From assembly GCF_009914755.1 (NCBI RefSeq), contig NC_060935.1: a DNA stretch of 64,000 nt; one strand, 5' to 3'. The stretch comes from the human T2T-CHM13v2.0 reference genome, Homo sapiens. The notes beneath the pieces were generated by a model. The model ran no database searches, had not been told where the DNA came from, and saw only the letters and a list, made by a program, of their open reading frames with translations. Positions 47,601-63,904 of this stretch are shown piece after piece. How positions within the stretch are numbered: the first letter of the stretch is position 1; every line of letters begins with the position of its first letter. A program made the translations under genes and the position numbers.

Positions 47601-48415
47601 AATAGAACCCAAATTCAGCTATGTGGCATATAATTGTTTTGAATTAAAGGTATATTCCTGGGTACATTTTTATGTGTAAGCAAATAAATGCAATGACAGT
47701 TACCATTTTGTTTAGAACTATGTAATGCAAATTTCAAAGGACGAAAACTTATTTTACTCTTAAGAAAAATCTAGTCTGTTTGCAAAAGAAAGTCATGTTA
47801 TTTGGGGAGCTGTATTTTCATATCTGTAATTTACATGGAGCACTACCAAAAAGTCATTATAGAATCCCACTAGGGAAGCCTTGTATAATTTCAGCTCCTT
47901 GAGTGGATGACTGAGCTGTTGCCATCTGAGTTGTGGAGGTGATTGGAATTACTTTCTCTTAAGTGGCTGCACTCAGTTGGGTGAACTTCTCTGTGGTGCT
48001 TTCTTTTTGCAATTACATCCATAGCAGTGGGGCTTCATTTGGCATTCATCTAACCTTGCTCAATTTGAAGTCATGATTCCAACAGGGAAGTGAGGTGATC
48101 CTAGGGGAAGTCCTGAAAGTTGAGGAATGCTGCAGAATTGTTTTTTAGATTGAGGGGAATGATTTAAGTTCTTGCTGGTTACAATTCCTCTGTTCCTCCT
48201 GGGGATCCGTGAAAATCACCTGCTGTCATGTGTTTGAAGAGCCATAGATGAAAGAAATGAAGGCTATGAAGAAATTATTATTGTTCATTCTGAAGTTTTT
48301 CTTTTTCTAATAGTTTGATTTGAAGTGATTTTGTGCAGCAAACTTGGAAAACCATCATTTAATGCACTTGCACTTTGATATGTGCAAATAAATGCTAAAA
48401 TATAAAATTTGCATA

Positions 48416-49299
48416 TGTGATATAATTTAAATATATATATGGCCTCTGCCAGAGGCAGAGCTCCTAAAACCCTTGTAATTTCATGGGCAGTAAGGGTGCT
48501 GGGTACATCTTCTGTTCTAATATTTGGTTTTGACTCTTGTTTCTGACATAGTGGTGAATTCCTGGGAATTTTCTGGGTGATAGGAGCATCGTTTGTTCTC
48601 CTATGATAACTCTTGGTGCCCTTCTGGATAAGGGCTGGTCACCGGAAAGAGTCCGCCACAATTAGAAGCCTTGAACTTTCAGCTCCACCCCCACCCTCTG
48701 GGAAGGGGAGAGGGCTGGAGATCGAGTTAATAATAGAACATGACTACGTGATGAAGCCTCTATACAATTCCATGAACTATGAGGTTCCGGGAGCTTCCGG
48801 GTTGCTGAGCACATCCACGTGCTGGGAGGGTGGAGCCCTGTAACTCCACAGGGACAGAAGCTTGGGACTCTTCTGGAGCTCACCCTATGTACCTCTCCAT
48901 CTGGTTATTTGTGTCCTTTAAAATACCTTTTGTAATAAATCGACAGTAGTACATACATTGCTTTCCTGGGTTCTGTGATACACTCCAGCAAATTATTGAA
49001 CCTGAGGATGGTTTGTGGGAACCTCTGATTTGTAGCCAAGTCGGACAGAAGTGTGGATAACCTAAGGCCCTACTACTTGTGATTGGCATCTGAAGTGCAG
49101 GGCAGTCTTGTGGGAGTGAGCCCCTAAACTGTGGGGTCTGTGCTAAACCTGGTTGGTATCGGAATTCAATTGAATTGTAGGACACCCAGCTGGTGTTGGA
49201 GAATTGGTTGGTGAAAGGAAAAAACTTGACACCTCTGCTCACTGAAGTGCTGAGTGTGGGAGTATAGAAGAGAAACACAGTTGGTTTTTCCTATATTCA
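48416..49299 (+). mobile_element. Solo LTR, MER21-like
   Basis: TG...CA ends; cagagctcctaaaacccttg, gggaaggggagagggctggag, tgattggcatctgaagtg and attgaattgtaggacacccagctggtg are typical of MER21. Confidence 0.8.
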
Positions 49300-49869
49300 G
49301 CTTGGTTGGTGAATTTTGTTCCCTCCTAAGAAGAAAGACAGATTTTACTGAAACCTCTCAACAGCAAGCCTGCTAGGATGGAATCTCCTTAATCAAGCAG
49401 TTGGCTATTGAAAAGGCCACACCTGTGCTCCCACCTGCAAAAGGGGTGGGATTGAAGCAGCCTACATTGTATGATGATTGGGCACCTATAAGCTGAGTCT
49501 TAGGAATAAAAATTCCAGTTCTTTCCAGTTTAGCCAGGGGCTTACTGACTAGAAAGTCTTCCCCTGAGAGAGAGAAAGATGCCTTGGGCAAGAGACGGTA
49601 ACACTGAAGACTGTAGAGTTGCTATTTCAAGTTGGGGACTTCTGGAGCCTTCTGGTTCATCCTCTCAGATATGGTTGCTGGCTGGCTCTTTCCCCTCTAT
49701 TTGAGGAATAATTGTAGCACTTACACCATGCAATTGCAATTGTTTACTTTCCTCTTTTCCTCATTATAAGCTCCTTAGGAGTAGAAAACTATCTTTAACA
49801 TGAAGCAGTGTATTAGGTTCACGATGGATCTAAATAAGTGTTGAGTAAGTGAAATTATATGAATGACTT

Positions 49870-49872
<3 letters not shown>

Positions 49873-49910
<38 letters not shown>
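49873..49910. repeat. (AT)n microsatellite
   Basis: About 19 AT units. Confidence 0.95.
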
Positions 49911-49916
<6 letters not shown>

Positions 49917-50224
49917 TTTTCTTTTTTAATTTTTTTTTTGAGATGGAGTCTCACTCTGTCTCCCAGGCTGGAATGCAGTGGCGTGATCTCGGTTCACTAC
50001 AACCTCCACCTCCCAGCTTCAAGCGGTTCTTCTGTCTCAGCTTCCTGGGTAGCTGGGATCACAGGCATGGGCCACTATGCCTGGCTCACTTTTGTATTTT
50101 CAGTAGAGATGGGGTTTTGCCATGTTGGCCAGGCTGGTCCTGAAATCCTGGCCTCAGGTTATCTGCCCACCTCGGCCTTCCAAAGTGCTGTGATTACAGG
50201 TGTGAGCCACTCACTGCACGCAGC
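49917..50224 (-). mobile_element. Alu
   Basis: Antisense dimer. Confidence 0.9.
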
Positions 50225-50959
50225 CTCTGTCTCTCTCTCTCTCTCTTAACTTTCAGTAACAAAGTCAGAAAATAAAGTGGTGGGCTTTCTCTTGATTAGC
50301 CAAACCATTTACTTTTAGGCTACTCTTAACAAAATATACAGATATGTATTTGTTTATTTAATTAGTATGATGGCCAAAGGATGTCACTTTTTTTTAAAGT
50401 GGTATGATAAACATACTGAGTAGATATAAACCCTGAATCCTGATTTTAAGAAATTATACAATTTAGTAATTATTAATTTATATTAATTAATATATCTAAA
50501 TTTTGTGTGGCAAAAGGAAACCTGTAGATCACAAAGTTGAAAATTAAAGCATGAGAAAACTGTGAATGCTACCAGCTGAGGAGATTATGCTTCTGTTGTG
50601 AATTTGGCCCAGTTTTGGAGCATATGTCAATTGCTTATGTAGTTAGACTTGAGATTAGATTGAAATTTATATTTCTAGTCTAAGAAGATATTCTGCAATG
50701 CTTTGTCATAACCATCTAGACTTGCTAGTTAGTTTATTAATCACTGATAGGCGGCAAACTGTCCATGTACCTAATTTGCATAGATAAATTAAAGCTAACT
50801 TTAAAAAAATAGTAATTTTTAAAACATTTCTAAACGTATTATTTGCATCCATGTTATACTACAGCAGAGTCTACTGAATATAATAGAATCTCTTTTCCGG
50901 ATGACTAGTATGAATATCATGTAACACTGTTTCCCCTGCTCTGTAAATTTGTAATCTAA

Positions 50960-51266
<307 letters not shown>

Positions 51267-51832
51267 TAAATTTCAAATAAGACTAATTTGACGAAATACA
51301 CAAGGTGGTAGTTTTCTATTTAAGGAAAGTTTGATGTACTGTGGATTGTGTAGCTTCATTTTCCTCAAGGACATCATGATTTTTTTTTTTTAATCAAGTA
51401 CAAAGCAGGAAGAAAAGTTCAAACTGCATCATGGTTTTTTATCTTTCTACTCTCTGCTAAGCATCAGCATCTGAATTCTCTTTAGGAGAAAATCAGCAGT
51501 TTTGTATTTGACCGCAGAGGTATGCATGGCTATTAAGCCTTATGTATGAATGCTCTGGGTGTGTGGGTGAATATGGAGAAATCCTCTGACCAAGAATGAC
51601 CTCTTTAGGCTGAAATTCAATTACAGCTGAAAAGCCAATGTTGCTTTCTCACAATCAGATTTTAAGAAACACTGAATATGCACGTTAGAGCTTAAATTCC
51701 TTCTTTCGCAAGGGCTATCAGAATTGGCATATGTCTTTGATTAAGCCTCATGCAAATGCTGATACAAGCCATGTCTAAGAAATTGCAAAATTTTAATTGC
51801 ATTTTTTCCTTAAAGTGGGTTGCTTAAATAGT

Positions 51833-52190
51833 AAGTCATATATTGCTTAATGACAAGATTATATTCTGAAAAATGTGTTCTTAGGTGATTTTGTCATTGT
51901 GTGAACATCATAGAATGTATTTACAAAAACCTAGTTGGTATAATTTACTGCACACCTAGGCTATATGATAAAGCCCATTGTTCCTAGGCTACAAACCTGT
52001 ACAGCATATGATTGTACTGAATATGGTAGATGGCTGTAACACAATGGTAAAAATTTGTATATCTAAATATAGAAAGAGTACAGTAAAAATACAATATTAT
52101 GATCTTAATGGGACCACTATCCTATATGCAGCCTATTGTTGACAAAGGTTTTGCTTTTTTTTTCTTTTGGCTTTTGCTATATGATGGCAG
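51833..52190 (+). mobile_element. Tigger3a/Golem-like non-autonomous DNA transposon
   Basis: ttaggtgattttgtcattgtgtgaacatcataga...cacacctaggctata...cctaggctacaaacctgtacagcat. Confidence 0.8.
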
Positions 52191-52274
52191 TCATTCAGGT
52201 TTTTTTTAGTTTTGTTTTGTTTTTACCTTTCAATGAAATGACTTTAGAAAAATAATCCTTAAAATAAGGAATGA

Positions 52275-52605
<331 letters not shown>

Positions 52606-53101
52606 ATCATTATATTCTTTTAAAGGTTTGAAGTCAACACAGTAAATAACTTCATCCTAATGTTCTAAAGAACTGTGGGCAGATCTTTTCATTTTGCTGC
52701 TTACCCAGATATTGTCAATAGAAAGGGCTGTGTCTGGGAATTGGGTTCTTTAAATAGATAAGACTTGCTTTAATGGGACGCTCTGGGGCCCTGGGAGCAG
52801 GGAAGGTTGAGTGTTATCTGAGCTGCTGAGTGCACTGGGTAAGCTATTGTTTAGTCCCTAAATATATGACTGATAAGAAGAGAATCTTAGTGTGACCATC
52901 TGCCCAGCCCAATTAGCAGCTATGCAATCCCTGCTTCCAGTTAATGACTATTGTATTTCCATCAGATCTTTGTTCAAAAGTAGCTTTCACACAGAGCCCT
53001 TCCCTCACCATCTCAAAGAAAGTTGAACAGTTTCCTTGTTGCCTTTTCCATGTTTTTCTACATAGCACTTATCACTCTCTAACACATTCTATATTTAACT
53101 C

Positions 53102-53413
53102 TTTTTTTTTTCTTTTTCTTTTTTTTTTGAGATGGAGTTTCGCTCTTGTTGCCCAGGCTGGAGTGCAATGACGTGATCTCAGCTCACTGAGCTCAACCTC
53201 TGTCTCCTGGGTTCAAGCAATTCTCCTGCCTCAGCCTCCCAAGTAGCTGGGATTACAGGCATACACCACATGCCCGGCTAATTTTGTATTTTTAGTAGAG
53301 ATGGGGTTTCTCCATGCTGGTCAGGCTGGTCTCGAACTCCCGACCTCAGGTGATCCTCCCGCATCAGCCTCCCAAAGTGCTGGGATTACAGGTGTGAGCC
53401 ACCGTGCCTGGCC
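53102..53413 (-). mobile_element. Alu (AluSp-like)
   Basis: Antisense dimer. Confidence 0.92.
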
Positions 53414-53414
53414 T

Positions 53415-53540
53415 TAACTGTCTTTTTCAACCAGAATGTGAGCTCCATGAAGGCAGGGATTTTATCTCTTTTGTTTGCTGCTGAATCCTCAGTAGCTAGG
53501 ACAGTGCTCAATAAGTTTTGAATGGATGATGATTGAATAG
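53415..53540 (+). mobile_element. L2 3' end
   Basis: agaatgtgagctccatgaaggcagggatttt...gtgctcaataa..ttgaatg. Confidence 0.65.
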
Positions 53541-54263
53541 TTTTTGATAGTCAGAAGCTTGTGGAAACAGTCTATATGTCTCTACCGCTGCAAACTTAAA
53601 CAAGAATGTACATCGTCTCAGACCAAAATTAGCCATATATTTATATGGGCCTTCGATTGCAAGTAGGTACAAACAGCCGTTCATGTCTGGCTTGGAAGAT
53701 TTTCTTCTCTAGATCTTCAAGCATATCAACTGACTTCTCAGGTGGAGCCTTATTCTAAAGCACAACACAGGAAAGTCCTGGACAAGATTGATAGGTCCTG
53801 TGCTCAGCCTAGGCAGCTAGACCCTCTGAGGTGGACACAGGCCAAGAGGCTGTAGATGTAGAGAGCTGTGTCTATGGCATAGTGAGTGACTGGCTTATGT
53901 CTTATTCATTTAAGGGCTAGTAGCTGTTACTCCTCTTCCATCAAACACTTAACCTTAAGCAGCAATTTTACCAATAGAAAAATTATCTCTGATTCTTTCT
54001 ATGCTACTCAGCCTGCCTTAAAATCTTGAGATACTTTTTATACTAATTATTCTACTAATTATTCAACATCAATATGTTGATTTAATAAGGACACATGTTA
54101 ATTAGCCAGCTCCAAAATATTGAGTCAGATTAACTTGTTAACACACTTCATATTACTCATAATTAATATTTCAAAGTAAATCACCACAAATCCAGTGTAA
54201 CACTTGGGCATGTAAAGCCTGGGATTTAGCATACTTTCACTTTATGCAAAGCAAATATAAAAA

Positions 54264-54502
54264 CAGTGGTTAAGAACTTTGATTCTGTAGTTCAGCTGCT
54301 AGATTCAAATCTAGGTGCAGATTCCAATGAGCTGGTTGACTCATGACAAGTTAATCAATATAGCCAAACCTTAGTTTCCTTATCTATGAAATAGGGATAA
54401 AAAGACCTAACTCATGGGATTGTCATGAGGATTATATAAGATTACTTAAAGGCCCTTGGCAAAATGCTTAGCACATAGTAAGTGCTTAATAAATGTTAGC
54501 TT
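54264..54502 (+). mobile_element. MIR
   Basis: cagtggttaagaac...agtttccttatctatgaaataggga...gcacatagtaagtgcttaataaatgttagct. Confidence 0.75.
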
Positions 54503-54698
54503 AAAGGAATTATTCACATGACAAAGATTTTTTGAGTGTCTACAGTAGGGCTAAGAAATGAGAAAGGTTTGCAAACACTAATTCTACATATACACTTGAA
54601 TTATAAATTGATTGCTAGTGAGATCCCATAAATTAGATGTAGAACAAAGTTCCTTAAGAGATGTAGCTCTCTTTGTATATTTAAAATGCACTCCAGAG

Positions 54699-55813
<1,115 letters not shown>

Positions 55814-56142
55814 TAAGACAATTTTTTAATTGTGAAAAGGTTTGTCCCTAGTGGCTTCAAAATGTCAACCTGTTGGAAGAACAATCCCAGTTGAACCAAT
55901 GTGACTTTCTTCTCATACTCTACTTAACTCACAGAAACAGATGTGGTGGCAGAACAAGCTGAAGCTGTCAGTTTTTTAATCTTTTCAGGTTTCTGAGAGT
56001 GGGACACACATGTGTGCTATGATTCCAAAGATGGAACACCTTTCATTTAATGTGTTAAGTTCGTCAGTATACAGATGTAGTTGGTTTACACTGATAACAG
56101 ATGCAGAAGTGAAACTGAAATGCACAGTAAGGACAATCTGAA

Positions 56143-56185
56143 AACAACTACAACAACAAAACAACAACAACAACAACAACAACAA
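56143..56185. repeat. (CAA)n imperfect microsatellite
   Basis: Run of aac units with two interruptions. Confidence 0.9.
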
Positions 56186-56555
56186 AACCCTGTGTTTGGG
56201 GTTTGCAGGAGCCTGGGTCTACTCAGCTTAGTTACCAACTGGATGTGAAAGTTCCCACCAGACCCCTTCAGGATCCATATCCTCACTGTGTGGTGAAGAG
56301 TTGGACTTGACAAAACCATTTCTCATTTCCCATCTTGCTCTGATTTTTTCCAGTTTTCTCTAGTACATATTCTTTTATGATTGCTTTTATTTTAAGCATG
56401 TGGAGTTTAATAGTGAGCCAATGCCATCAGATAAATTCTGCCTCCTTTCCTAGTTTAGTTTCTCTTTGTGAGTGGAATCCCCCTTATGTTTCTGAACTAT
56501 TTAAGAGGCTTGCTTTGTGATGGAAGAGGAAATGCCAAAAGTGACTCCAATAATG

Positions 56556-56711
56556 TCACTTTAAGTCATTTTCTGTTTCTTTACATGATTTCTAGTTTTA
56601 CAGGGGCTTTAAAAAAGAATAGGAAATAGGAATAGGAAATCACTTTAAGTCATCTTCTTTCTTTGCATGATTTCTAGTTTTACAGGGCTTTTTAAAAAGG
56701 AATAAGAAATA
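56556..56711. repeat. Local tandem duplication, period ~84 bp
   Basis: tcactttaagtcat...catgatttctagttttacaggg...aata.gaaata occurs at 56556 and 56640. Confidence 0.9.
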
Positions 56712-56742
56712 TGAAAAAACTGGGGAAAGGTTGGTGATTTGA

Positions 56743-57070
<328 letters not shown>

Positions 57071-58189
57071 GCAGACTTGTACTTTTTAAGTGTTTCATAT
57101 CCTATTTGAGCGGCTATCTTTGTTTACCTAGGTAATGTAGTCATATGTACTGTGTTCAGAAATCAAGAGAGTAAAAGGAAGCAATAGAAAGGAAAGGATA
57201 GTTTTCAGAGCTGAGATATATTTTTCAAAAAAATCATGGCCCAGCTGTTTCTACTGGGGACACCTAGAGTAGGGCAATGGGAGATGATAATGTGGTTAGC
57301 CCAAGGTTGTTTAGGTGGTTTTAGTTAGTTTGTTTTGAAACCTGAAGCCTCAGTGGGCTTGAGCAACAAGGAATAGAGATAGAGAATTCTCATCATTTTG
57401 TGAAGCTTTGTGAGCTTTTTCATTCTTTTACATCTCCGTTTTCCACAGTAGCCTCAGGATTTTCTTTATATGGATGCATGCCGGGGGCTTCCCGATGATC
57501 ACTTGAGGATGGCTCTGGTGAGACAGAGAACTTGGTGGAAATCCCCCTGAGCTGCCTTCCTGGAATAAACCTGGGTTGAGAAATCTTGGGGCTCTGGGCA
57601 CACAGAAAATGCCTGGTGGACAAATCATGGGACTGCTACCACCATCTTATCAAACGTGATTAATGGGAACTGGAATGTAATGGAGAGACAGTGTCACATC
57701 CCTGCAGGGTGTCTCTGTGTTTTTTTCCTTCCCAAACACTGTCTTTCTCTCTTTCTTTTAATGGATTTTCAAACAATACTCTGGTAGCACCTTTTGTGCT
57801 ACAGGCATCTGCCACTTGCAGCAGATTTAAAGGATTTAGACCTGGAGGGTAAAGAGTAATTTCTCCGAAAGGATCTTGACGTGTTACTGTTACAATAAGC
57901 TAAGCAGTTTGTCTTTTTTTTAAATTAAAAATATGTTTGTTTGGCTTACATAAACGATAGTGTCTTCTGTTAAGAAAGAAAAAAAGGACAGGAGAAGCAC
58001 ATTATTCTGGATTTTTCCTTACCTTTGATCAAGGCTTTACATATAACTTCCTGACTCCAGGAAACACCAGGGATAGAAGAACAAGGTCAGCAACACTTTG
58101 AGCAAGCACTATGCTAAATCTAGAATTTGGGGCATCCTATAGGACAGTGGAACCAGTTTAGTTAATGAGTCAGTGGCCTGTGAAAAGAA

Positions 58190-58410
58190 GGAAAAAAGGA
58201 AGAGATAACTATTCTATGTTAAAAGGGATTAAGGGATCTCAGAGACATAAGGAAATATAATGAGTAGACATTGTTAGGATTCTTATTTGTGAACAAGTGG
58301 AAAACAGATTTAAAAATAATTGGGGAAATGTGAATGTGAACTAGCTTTTGATAGTATTAAGGAATTACTATTAATTTTGTTATAAATGATAATAACCTTA
58401 TGGTTATATA
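58190..58410 (+). mobile_element. Old L1M (L1MC4/L1ME-like) 3' fragment
   Basis: aattggggaaatgtgaatgtgaactag...gatagtattaaggaattactattaatttt. Confidence 0.55.
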
Positions 58411-60899
58411 AGCATCTCTGCTTCCATTCCCACATGAATACAAATGAAGCAAGTCCCTTAATCTCACTTAGGATTAGTATTTGCAGCTACAAAGAAGATG
58501 CTTATTTTGGAAGGTTTTGTAGGGTTGACGTGGAGGTAGAATGAGACAATGCTAGCGTAGAATCCTGTGAGTGATTTTTATGTTTCGTTGTTGTTGTTGT
58601 TGTTTTTGGCTATCATTATCACTATATGAGGTTCATGTATCATATTAATTCTAACTCTAGCTATCCTTTAAAACTTTCATGTGTTTCCATTTCTTTTCCT
58701 ATTGGTGATCATACTGGTGTCCCACCTTTCAACGTTCGCAGGTATTCCAGATGGCCTGCTCCATGAGATAGAGGTGTCTTGGTTCATCTTGGCCTTGCTC
58801 ACCACTTACTCTTACCACAAGGTCCTGTGTCAGGCCCAGCAATTGCCCTTGAATAGATGCTGACTTATTTGTTGAATGAATGAACTCTCCCTGTTAAACT
58901 TAAAGCAGAAAAAAGGAACTTTATTGCAGCTTCTTATTGGCAGTAAATGCTAACAGATTTATATTGATAAGCTGCTGGGAGAGGACTTAAAAGGGGCCTA
59001 CATCTCACATTAGTGTTTTTAGTTGCTTGCCTATTGCTCATGATCAATCCCCTCTCATTCCTCTTCCTCAGAAAGTAGGCACGTGGTCATTTCTTTTTTT
59101 CATCAAGATTGCAAAGTCTTTATACAGTGAGGAAGAAATTGTATTAGAATCCTTACGTTTTGCACATAGTAGGCAGTTGCTAAATGTCAAAAGAAGACTT
59201 TATTTCTGTACCCAAAATATTTTTAGATATTTTGATGGGAACTGGGAGAGCTGGGAGAATATTCAGTGTAAGAAATGATTTTTTTCTGTGAGTCAAGAAA
59301 ATATCGTAGAAATACTGTGATAGCCTTTAATTTATAGCTGTCAAATACTGACTTGGTTAAAATTATTACAATGCTTCAGAGGCAATTATTTACATATGTT
59401 TTCTCTCTTCATCTTTAATATAGTAACGTGGAAGCGGGAAGCTGGGAGAAAGTCATTTTTTAAATGTGGATTGAGAGTTCATATGTGGAAAGGGCTGCAA
59501 TTCATTGAAATAACCAGGAGAAATTGGATGCTGATATTTCAGAGCTGCAGTCTGTTTGGAACCTCACAGTACCGCAGTCTAACAAAGAAGTGCCAGCTTT
59601 GTTTTAGATTTAAAAGAGTATCATCTAAAGGATCTGACATTACAGACAAAAGAGAGGTAACTCACTAATTCCATCAGATGTATATTTTTTCTCATTTTGC
59701 AATTCCATCAAAGCAGTATTGCTCTTGGCCATTTACCTGTTTTTGAATAATGAGAGGTATCATGATTTTCATCAGTGAGGGTAATATATGTAAAACTTGC
59801 AAACAATTTATTCCTCTAAATAAAGTAAAAAACTATGTTGCTAGAGAAGTACTATTGCTGCTGACTACTAAAGGTAGTTAAGAAGTCAAAGTGTTTTATT
59901 ATAATACAAATAAAGTGAACATGTAGAAATCTGTTTATTATTACGTTTCAAGTTTGAATATTTTGTTTTCTTTTTAAGAAGAAGCAGGGCAAAACAAACT
60001 GTGCCCGTTGCATTCCTTGCCAAGGTCAATGCTCCATATTTTGTCTGACTGTTTAATTTAATAGCATTCAAGCACAGAAGCAATCAGGAGGCCACTCCTA
60101 TTGGTAAATCCATGCTTATAAAGAAAGCATGTATTTCAGAACTTAGGAAAAAAGCTGTTTGTTAAGCCCAGACCTAGTTTGAGATCTTTTTGAAAAGTGC
60201 TTATAATTTTCCAGAATTCTAGGATTAACTCAAGGAAATGCACAACAGAAATATGTAGATTTGACAGTGGCTTTTTTCTTCTGTTCAAGTTATCTTAGAG
60301 TCTTTTTTTTTGTTTTTGTTTTTGTTTTAAATGAAGCAGTTTTGAGATTCATTAACTGGTTATCTTTTGTCTGAGTTTTACCAAAGTGATCAAAAAATAA
60401 GGAACTATTGACTTTTGGTAATTAAAATACTCTTGGATTTTTTTTTTTTAGTTAAAGTTCAGGACCATTCACTTGGTTCTTAAACAATCTTGTTTTAACC
60501 TGAAGAACTCTTGATTTGAAACTTTGAAATCCTGAGAAACATTTTTTCTATGACTCTCAAAAATAACTTCAGATTGCAATTTGTTCTAAAGAGGATAAAG
60601 TAGATATACCATGCTTGTTTTCTTTTCCTTAATTGAGTTTCATTTATGTGATTAACTTAGATAAAAATACTCTAATTTGATTTACTGAAGCAGTCAGGAT
60701 GAAATATTTTGCATAGTGAAGTGTGCTAAATCTTTAAAACTATTTCTAGAGTTTTTAAAGAAAGAATTTTAAAATGTAATGTACGAAGGTATAATTCTGT
60801 GTATCTATACTTTGTTTCTCCCTCCCCTCTGCATCTAATAAGCCCCTCTTTTCTTGTTCCTTTTGTAAACATGAGTTGCTTATGGCTTGTGTACTGAAA

Positions 60900-61075
60900 A
60901 TGCTGCCAGGAAGTAGGGTGAGCATAACTTCTTTTCCCATGACCCTCAGTCTAATGTTGTTCCAAGGGTTCCCTACTTAGAAATGCCTTGATAACCGCAT
61001 TCATTCCTGACATACCCCACCCCCAACACACACAACTGCTGAGTGCCATCTGACCCACAGTCCAGCTGCAGCTTT
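60900..61075. promoter_or_regulatory. Candidate smooth-muscle-type intronic enhancer
   Basis: Apparently non-repetitive; ETS, RBPJ-like, CArG-like, GATA, MCAT/TEAD, KLF and E-box motifs within ~165 bp. Confidence 0.5.
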
Positions 61076-61479
61076 TAAAAATACTAGTGGCAAAGGCTTT
61101 TACCTAGAACGGTGACTATCTGTGAAAAAATTTTGTGTGTGATTTGTTTTTTGCGTGTTGAAATATTATTTTTTAAAGAAAGTTACTTGGTGTCAGCCTG
61201 CAAGTTAAAGGGTTATTAGTACAATTTTTTTTTTTTTTTTTTAATTTTCAACTCACTAAAGCTTGCCTGTGTATGTTCATCCTTTTTGTATGATTTCTGG
61301 AAGTTTTCCTGTTGACAGTGAAGTCTAAAATGCTAAGACCTTTAGATTCTCTTGTTTCATGACTTTTATTATGAACATAAAACTTTTAAAAAAGACCTGG
61401 TCATGCTATGGCCTCTCCCTTCTCCCAAATTTTATATGATACCCTCAGTTTTTTTCCTTTGGTGCACAAGGGAAGAAAA

Positions 61480-61670
61480 ACGTATTTGCTGAGTAAACAC
61501 TTGGGCACTGAATTTATTTCTCCCATCTTCTAAAAACTGTGAAGTGAGCACTAGCGTTCTTTTATATGTAGAAAATTGAGAGTGCAAAACAGGTTAAGTA
61601 ATTTGCTCCAGGAACAAAAGCTAGTCAGTCATGGAACTAAGATTTGAACCTGTCTGTCTGATACTAAAGT
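61480..61670 (-). mobile_element. MIR
   Basis: gaaaattgag...aggttaagtaatttgc...gatttgaacctgtctgtctga. Confidence 0.65.
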
Positions 61671-62182
61671 GCTATTCTTTGCCATTTGAAGGCAGTATCA
61701 TTCATGCCATGAACATTAGCCAGAAGCTTTATGGTATAGGGGGAGGAGAATGGAATGTGTAGAGGAAAAGTTCTTGGAAAGCAGAGTTTGATGTAGAATG
61801 GTTCCTGAAAGTGAAGGGGATGGTGCCAGCAGTTGCAAGATAAAGCGATGGGGTAGGTACATTGCTCCTGGCAGCTGCTCCTTCTGCCTCTCCTGTTGTT
61901 GAGTGTCAGATTTTGCTGCTCCAGGGAAGATTCAACCACTGTTAAAGTTTGGCACAGGGTTGATGAAGCTTTGGAACGTTACTTACTGGATTATTTAAAA
62001 AAAATATGTCTATCAAGAGAAGAATAAAGAGGGTATCTGTGGTTATACTTTAATTAGTTATTCCTGGAGAGGGGACATGTGGCCTTATTCTAGTCCCATG
62101 GGCTTGAGGGGGAAAGCAGACAGATTTATTTGACTGACTGTAAGGCTCCTTTGCAGATTACATAAAGAGAGAAAATAAGAAA

Positions 62183-62488
<306 letters not shown>

Positions 62489-63904
62489 GAAGAAATCTTA
62501 TTCTTATAGTTAGTGAAATGTGATGCCTCCTGAAGCCACAAGACACATCTCAGTCTGTAAAGGCATGACGGTAAAGTGTGTGTGAATAGAGAGAGGGTGA
62601 GAAAAAGGAAACTCATTTGTGGGCTGTTTCCTGTTAGTACCTGTCTGCTGTGTTACCGACCCTTGCACATTCCCTGCCTTGCCTCTGCAGCCTCTAGTCC
62701 AGATTGAAGAACCCTGAAGACCTAGCTTCCTCACCCTGTATAGTTACTGTAGTTACTAAGGATCTAAATTATTGGCATACCAGCTGACTGCTTTAAGCCT
62801 AAAGCAAAGTGCCAGGTAGAGGACATGCGTTACTTAGATACTGCCTATAAAGCAGATTTCTCTGTGTGGGAGACTTCTGCCCCACAGTGTCCCATTGTGA
62901 AAGCAGAAATGAATTTTGGTGAAATCAAATAACTTAGTTTGAGAAGTATTTATTTTAATCTGAAAATTGTTATTTTGCCCTTAACTAATGTTTAAAGCAA
63001 GCAGTACTTTGCATTGTACTAGGGACTGCAATGTGCAGTTCTGGCATGCCCAGGTTTAGAGGGAAATCCATAAGGTTGTCTGCTTTAACCTGAGACTCCA
63101 AATTTAGTTTTTCGGCTTTTTCAATAAAAAAAACCTAGAGGAAACCTTAGTGATCTCTTTGGGCAATAAAAAGCCAAAGGCAGCTGATCTAAATAGTCTT
63201 CTCCCCTTCCGTTTCCCCAAACTAGTTTCTACTCATGTTTCAAAACATCTCCTTCTGCTTTTTGCTCACTGTGGATCAAATACTGCCATCATTCTGATCC
63301 TATTGCTGAAAGTAATCTGTTAATTCCTCACCAGGCTAACTCCTGGATGAGAGAGGGGGTCTTATTTTTGTGTGTAATTTATACATACCCTTGTGTTGTA
63401 ATGTTAACTGATTGTCAAACTGGCATCAGTGTCTTCCTTCATTTCCTTGGAAAGTTTGAAATAGGGAGATGATGCTGGGGTTGAAGTGGTCTTAACGTCT
63501 GTCTTATTCAGTGACTGTAATTGATTTTCCTTGAGGAACACAGTGCAGGAGTAGTGTGTGTGAAGTTCTGAGGTTTCTACTTTTCAAGGTTCAGATATGT
63601 GACCTCTGGGTGGTGGTGGTCATATATTTGAAGTGCTTTGAGGTTCCTGTGGAATTACAGTGTTTTATAATTTGAAGTAACAGATCTTATTAATTATAAA
63701 GCGTTCTCAGTTAAATTACTGAACTCTTGCTACGTGCCAGGCATTCTGCTGATGACAGCCCTTTTCAAAGGTCCATAGATATCATCTGTATTCTGATCTC
63801 CTTAGGTCCAGGAAGTCATCATCTAGTAAGTTGTCATATAAGGTCACATAGTACATTAATGCCAGCAGAACTGGGACTAGTAGTAAATATTTTACGAATC
63901 TGGG

